12,476 nt of DNA, taken from contig NW_021826586.1 of the NCBI RefSeq assembly GCF_006345805.1, positions 1 through 12,476 on the forward strand. The letters run 5' to 3'. The notes under the pieces are model-generated. The model saw only the letters and a list, made by a program, of their open reading frames with translations. It did no database searches and had not been told where the DNA came from. Origin of the DNA: Octopus sinensis. Taxonomy: Eukaryota. This document shows, in pieces, positions 7,625 through 12,476 of the stretch (position 1 is the first letter of the stretch; each line of letters opens with the position of its first letter). The translations under genes and the position numbers were made by a program.

Positions 7625-8306
7625 CCTTATAGTTTATGCGCTGTGAATTCGAACATCTGAGAAATTCTGGTCTATAAATATAGAGTTTGGTTTTCAGTCA
7701 TGAGGTAACCCAGTAGTGGCCCTGTACGTTTACAGACACAGGACATGGTAAAAACCTATGATAGATCTTGTGGTAACCCTGTTTAGTAATTATCAACAGA
7801 GAAGAAAGATAATAAAAATTTACTAGGAATCGATATTTAAGCCAAATCATATAATATCGAAATCCCAGAATTAAAATAAAATACTTGATTCTCATTTCTT
7901 GTGTTAATTATATTAACTGGGTTAAAATCATTAATTAAATATAAATTATGACAACATTGTAAGGAATAAAAAAATTTGAGATATTGAAAGGCGATTTTAG
8001 ATTCTGAGAAGGCGCACGCGTGTGTACACACATGCACTCTCTCTCTCTCTCTCTCTCATACACATCCACGCACACACGTAATGCTGATTCTTTCACCATT
8101 ATCCATTGTAATAAGGGCATACCACATCTAAAACTTTGTATTCTTTTGGGGTGAAATACCGAGGGAATGAGTCGCCGGCTTATAGTATATACAACCCCTA
8201 AGAATACCAATGTTTTCTGCATTTCTTATATGATGCGGCTTGGAATCTGCTCTTTAGCCCACCCTCCAATTTGATGTTCGAATTCACAGCGTGTAAGATA
8301 TAAAGG
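7625..8306. repeat. Inverted-repeat pair ~33 bp with a perfect 19 bp core; possible eroded TIR element
   Basis: CGCTGTGAATTCGAACATC (7639-7657) is the exact reverse complement of GATGTTCGAATTCACAGCG (8273-8291). It extends imperfectly outward (CCTTATAGTTTATG vs TGTAAGATATAAAGG). No TSD recognised. Confidence 0.6.
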
Positions 8307-8400
8307 TTACAATATGGAGCCAATTACTGAGTTCCAGACTCACCAGTAACATGTCGTGCATATAATTATATACATACGAGTATGTAACTATGAATGTACG

Positions 8401-8594
8401 TATGTATGTATGTATGTATGTATGTATGTATGTATGTATGTATGTATGTATGTATGTATGTATGTATGTATGTATGTATGCATGTATGTATGTCGTATGC
8501 ATGCAGACACCTATGTATGTATGTATGGTGTGGTATGTATGTATGTATGTTGTATGTATGTATGATGTGTGTGTGTGTGGTGTGATGTATGAAT

Positions 8595-8632
<38 letters not shown>
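8401..8632. repeat. (TATG)20 perfect at 8401-8480, then degenerate TATG/GT, then (AT)n
   Basis: Read directly. It explains the MYVC and IHTY ORFs at 8284-8710. Confidence 0.97.
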
Positions 8633-8635
<3 letters not shown>

Positions 8636-8731
8636 AAGTTCAGATTACTTAAATATGTTTGTGACATATATCAACTGCTTAAAAAGGCAAATTCATTGCA
8701 GCTACCTTAGAGAAAATTTTCTCTTATGGTA

Positions 8732-8770
<39 letters not shown>

Positions 8771-9234
8771 TGAGGGTGTGGTGGGGTAAACTCATTTCAA
8801 GATAATGGCTAATTCCAACAGAGTCTTTCAACTATGTATAATGCAAAGTTCACCAGCGCTACTACAAAATAGTTCCATATTGTTAGATTTTTAACTGCTA
8901 AAAGCATTGGGCATGTAAAATCAATTGTATGAACTGCACAAGAACTATTTCCGGCAGGATGTTTTTTGAATATGCTACGTACACTTGTAATAAACGGGGC
9001 TTATTACATTCTGTAACACCTGGCTGTAGTATCACCTTGCGGAATTACGAGTGGATTGTTCTAGATTTTTAATTAGGGAAACATTGCTTCCTCTAAAACT
9101 GAATTTATCTGTACCGTTGGTTTAAACGGCGTTGCGTTTGAAATATTTGGTGATATGATTACCGCTACTACTGTGGGCAGTAGCAGCAGCAGCAGCAGTA
9201 GCTGTAGTAGTGGTAGAAAGAGTAGGAACGAACA

Positions 9235-9705
9235 TAAAAACAAAACTAACAACTGCATCTCCATAGTCCGAGGTAAGAGCCTTTACGTGGTAGCTCACTT
9301 GCTCGAAATAACAACCGAACCCCTCTCAAATCATACAGTCACAGAAAAAAAGGAAAGTAGAACACGCTGGTTAATGGGATCTGGGGTTCCTTGTAAACAA
9401 GGAAATTACAGGATGGTCATGGTTGGATTTCTTTTGATCACAGAACTGTTTAAACAATGGTTACCTAGAGCCAAGCAACTAACATTGGGGCAAACTAGAA
9501 ATTTGAACTGAATACTCTTCAAATTAAACTCTACAGCATTTTTAAATACAGGACGGACACATAGAATAAGATATTACTATCTAGATAAAATAATCTTTTT
9601 TTATTTAATAGAAAAGGGATGAACATGGGTACAACGCCTTTGATCATAGCTCTGCGAGATCAATATTGACTTTGGGATAAAGCAGCAACAGCGACACCAA
9701 CTACA
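9235..9705 (+). repeat. Two adjacent degenerate copies (B ~9235-9485, C ~9500-9705) of the repeat seen at 1-250
   Basis: B ends GGATGGTCATGGTTGGATTTCTTTTGATCACAG...AAGCAACTAAC. C ends GGATGAACATGGGTACAACGCCTTTGATCATAG...AAGCAGCAAC. They share CTCTCAAAT/CTTCAAAT and AAAAAAGGAAAG/AAATACAGGACGG blocks. Alignment is by eye. Confidence 0.45.
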
Positions 9706-9744
9706 ATAGACACTGGCTTCTGATTTTATCCGACTGAAAATATT

Positions 9745-10228
9745 TATCTTGTACATATTTTGTCTTGGTATAAAAGATGGGCTACAGCAAATATTCTGCT
9801 CAATACCACAGATTTGCTTGTCAGTTGTTTGACCTTAACCAGTTGAGCATGTCTCTTATTGGCTGATGATATGTGCACCTCTGATCATGAGCAGAAGTAG
9901 TTGGGGAGCATTATATCCATGTATTGAGAGGAATTCTTTGAAGTTCGAATAATTCACCTCTGGAAACATGGGTCATTGGTTCATCATCCTTAAACAACTC
10001 TTATTCAAGGAGCGGGATGGGCTACTCGACGTCAAGAAAATTCTAACTGGGCCCCATCTGCAAGGTCATGTGTTGTTTATCTTTATATAAGTTCACCATG
10101 TCGCACACATATGGTTGTGATGCATGTGCCTAGTGTACCCTTATCAGACGGGTAGTCATGATGGGTATACTGGGTTTCGTATATTTTACCTCAGTGTCAC
10201 TTTGATGGCATGCACTACTCTCTCACTC

Positions 10229-10286
<58 letters not shown>
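9745..10286 (+). mobile_element. Interspersed element ending in (AAT)19; probable non-LTR retroposon 3' portion
   Basis: About 480 bp of higher-complexity, higher-GC sequence ends CACTCTCTCACTC-like (CTACTCTCTCACTC) directly before a perfect (AAT)19 at 10229-10285. It is recalled as an abundant octopus repeat. The 5' boundary and orientation are inferred from the tail. No coding similarity seen. Confidence 0.65.
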
Positions 10287-10289
<3 letters not shown>

Positions 10290-10607
10290 TCGCCTACGAA
10301 AGGATAAAAGCGAAGTTGACATCAGCTAGCTCCCTGTGGGTAGTAAAGAAATATATTTTACAAATATCACAGAGTATTTTGTCCTATGTTCAAAAGATTC
10401 TGCCATCCACCAATTTCAATTAAGAACATGTTCTCACCGAAACCGTAAGTACAAAAATGTAGAGGTGGGATTATACAGACTGGTATTGAAGATTCTAGAG
10501 ACAGAAGAAAGTGGCGCAGTTCTGTGTATGCAATAATGCTAACAGTAAATGCAGGGGATTTTTTTATGTATTAATATGTTAGGGTGATATAAGTAAGATG
10601 AATAGCT

Positions 10608-10636
10608 GATGTTTCGGATGATAGAATTTTCTCAAG
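10608..10636 (-). ncRNA. Probable relic of a minimal type I hammerhead ribozyme in the PLE 3' region
   Basis: The minus strand reads CTTGAGA-AAAT-TCTATC-ATCC-GAAAC-ATC, against the architecture CUGANGA-helix II-GAAAC-GUH. About five substitutions are needed to restore it. Its position ~440 bp past the EN stop fits a pLTR hammerhead. Not functional as written. Confidence 0.45.
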
Positions 10637-11072
10637 AGTGGAATGTCAAGTAATGTCCGGTGGAAGTGAAAAAAGGAGTGAATAATTATTTGGCAGGGAA
10701 AGAAAGTGGATGAGGATGTAACCACAGTGAATGAAAGTGATGGGCAAGAAAGAGTGGGGTTGGTATGAAAGGTGGTGTGAGGACTCCCAAGAAGACGATG
10801 TAGATATAGAAGTAGATATAGAAGCAAACTGACAAAAGCAAAAACGAAGTGTGATGTAAATTAGAGAGAATGATGGTAGTTAGTTTAAGTAGAATGGGCA
10901 AGAAGATCAGGGAACTGATATGGTAGATCGCTACTTGATTGTAGTTAAGTAGGTTATTGATGGCCACACAGACCCACAACTGCGATGGAACGCACAAGTA
11001 AGTGCATGGATAATAGAAACACACTGTGAAACATCGAGGGGTGACAGAGAATGCGTATAAGAGGTAGACCAA

Positions 11073-11480
11073 TTAGAAAATTTGGAAGCAAATGTTCTTA
11101 TTATTTGGAATAGAGGCTTCCAGTTGGAAAGTAAGTCGTTGCTCTCTAATTTGGTGGATCGCCTTCTGGCAACTGTGTTGGTTAATTCTAGAGACAGAAA
11201 GGTGATGAGAGGGGCTAAAGGATCTGAAAAGGATATCTACATATTCCAAAATGCTCACAAGATGTTTTCGCAACTGATCGCGATGACAGTGACCAGTCCC
11301 AACTATATAGAAAGGATTATAGTGTCTATGGCATATAGAGCAGTGAAATAGATTAGAAGTGATGTCAAAATTAGCATAAACTTGAGCAGTCAACTTGAGG
11401 TCTCGTAGTGTTGTGGTGTTAAATATAACGAGATAAATATTGCATCGAGAACCAAAGCAGGCTGTACTTTCAGGCTGAGT
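11073..11480 (-). pseudogene. Degenerate GIY-YIG endonuclease domain of the PLE ORF
   Basis: NFDITSNLFHCSICHRHYNPFYIVGTGHCHRDQLRKHL matches the PLE pattern FTCTS.N.IYCI.C..C..LYIGETGR.L.DRF.EHL. The C-terminal REQRLTFQLEASIPNNKNICF matches .EQ..IF.LG.L.P.G.N..F. The Glu and Asn appear retained, while YIG has become YIV and the conserved Arg has become Gln, so it is probably inactive. Confidence 0.82.
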
Positions 11481-12225
11481 GAGGTGAGGTTGAGGACAAA
11501 GAAGCTCTTGACCAGCCGGTTGTGTAGGCTTTTGTCAGCGATAAGAAAAAAAAAAGTGGATGTTGAAAACAGGTGGGTGAAATGGAAGGATGGGAATGCA
11601 GAAAATGGAAGTTGTGGAGGAGTGTGTAGTGGAGCGGTCGGGATGTGCGGTGGGTGAATGATGAGGGATTGAATGCACTTGACGACTTTGCGAGGAAAAG
11701 GGTAGATGAGAATTCTGATAGTCTGGACACAACAGCACTCATTGTTTATGCTAGGTTGGGACAACGTCCTAACGAAATTCAGTTTACATTTCGAGACAAC
11801 ATCGAATTTAGTTACTTCTCGCAGCATGGCTGAAATGGTTAACAAGACCGCTTTTGCAGCACGTGGGAATAAGTTTGGGTCCCACTGCAGGTATTGGGTA
11901 AGTGTAATTTACCATAGCTTCAGGTGTACCCAAGACTTGAGAGCAAACTTGGATAGGCAGAAAATATGCAGAAGCCTACTAGAAAGTCTGGACATGCCTT
12001 ATAACACATTGAGTGACGCAGAATCTGAGAGAGGATTATGTTATGGGTATACACATCTATGGAATATGTAACCACTTAGAGTATATACATATAAACACAC
12101 ACATATATACACACGTATCTGTATACATAATGGTATGGGAATGAATTCAAAATAGATTAGATTGATGTTGAATATCGCCACAGCCATCATTCATTTACAG
12201 TTAATTGTTTATTTAAGGATGGCAA

Positions 12226-12361
12226 CAAGCTTTTGTTGCTCCTGTTATTATTGCTGTTGGTGCTGTTGTTGCTGCAGTTAGTATTGTTGTTGTTGTTGTT
12301 GTTATTGTTGCTACTGATGTTGTCGTTGTAGCTGTTGTTGATGCTGCTGCTGCTGTTGTTT
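12226..12361. repeat. Degenerate (GTT/GCT)n trinucleotide tract
   Basis: Read directly. It explains the poly-T/A ORF at 12213-12404. Confidence 0.92.
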
Positions 12362-12476
12362 TTGCACGGACTTTTATCTCTAGATTGATATGTGATTTAC
12401 ACAAATACGTAACGCTTTACGTCAACATTTGCACGTAACGTCAATATACACACACAGACACACACACATACGCATA

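Larger units (their letters stand above)
10560..11770 (-). mobile_element. Decayed Penelope-like element (PLE), 3' part: RT thumb/linker, GIY-YIG endonuclease, 3' UTR/pLTR
   Basis: Frameshifted minus-strand peptides follow the PLE order: FTHRTSRPLHYTLLHNFHFL (cf. LTYHP...IL.NF..L), FQHPLFF|FLIADKSLHNRLVKS (cf. F..PP...F.RDKNL.N.LV.S), then QPESTACFGSRCN (Cys linker) continuous with the GIY-YIG region. Boundaries are approximate and the element may extend to ~12050. Confidence 0.85.

Noticed and set aside
7690-7712. TTTTCAG|TCATGAG|GTAACC micro-exon with an ATG
   Set aside because: A 7 nt exon with no supporting neighbours; such signals are expected by chance in AT-rich DNA.
8123-8178. 56 nt minus-strand candidate exon (GDSFPRYFTPKEYKVLDV) with a GTATGC donor
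   Set aside because: The acceptor lacks a polypyrimidine tract, the peptide is not recognised, and it lies inside the 7625-8306 inverted-repeat interval.
9155-9511. 118 aa ORF with a poly-Ser tract
   Set aside because: It starts in an (AGC/AGT)n repeat and runs through an interspersed repeat copy; no recognisable domain.
9863-9900. CTGATGA, and minus-strand CTGAGGT...CGAAAC near 10172-10195, as hammerheads in the AAT-tailed element
   Set aside because: The first lacks GAAA; the second lacks A9, a helix II and a GUH triplet.
11082-11833. Plus-strand ORFs 11082-11351 and 11645-11833 (NDEGLNAL superficially RT-like)
   Set aside because: They are antisense shadows of the minus-strand PLE, whose motifs are more numerous and correctly ordered.

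Overview
AT-rich eukaryotic non-coding DNA, dense in microsatellites and transposon relics. The SINE families and repeat style look like octopus/coleoid cephalopod DNA (recalled resemblance, no search run). No intact host gene is supported, and nearly all ORFs in the supplied track are simple-repeat or low-complexity artefacts. Supported content: (i) several tRNA-derived SINEs, including a head-to-tail trimer (1594-2183) bounded by one TSD pair; (ii) a degenerate ~85-130 bp tandem array (2705-3170) whose copies together reconstruct a minimal type I hammerhead ribozyme, making it a possible fossil retrozyme or Penelope-pLTR array; (iii) a 1063 bp non-autonomous DNA transposon (6231-7293) with GG-starting long TIRs and an exact 8 bp TSD, Merlin-like; (iv) two further inverted-repeat structures; (v) an (AAT)n-tailed interspersed element; (vi) a decayed Penelope-like retroelement on the minus strand (~10560-11770) with RT-linker and GIY-YIG remnants and a probable hammerhead relic downstream; (vii) a promoter-like CRE/CCAAT/ETS/YY1 cluster at 4059-4144 of uncertain status.
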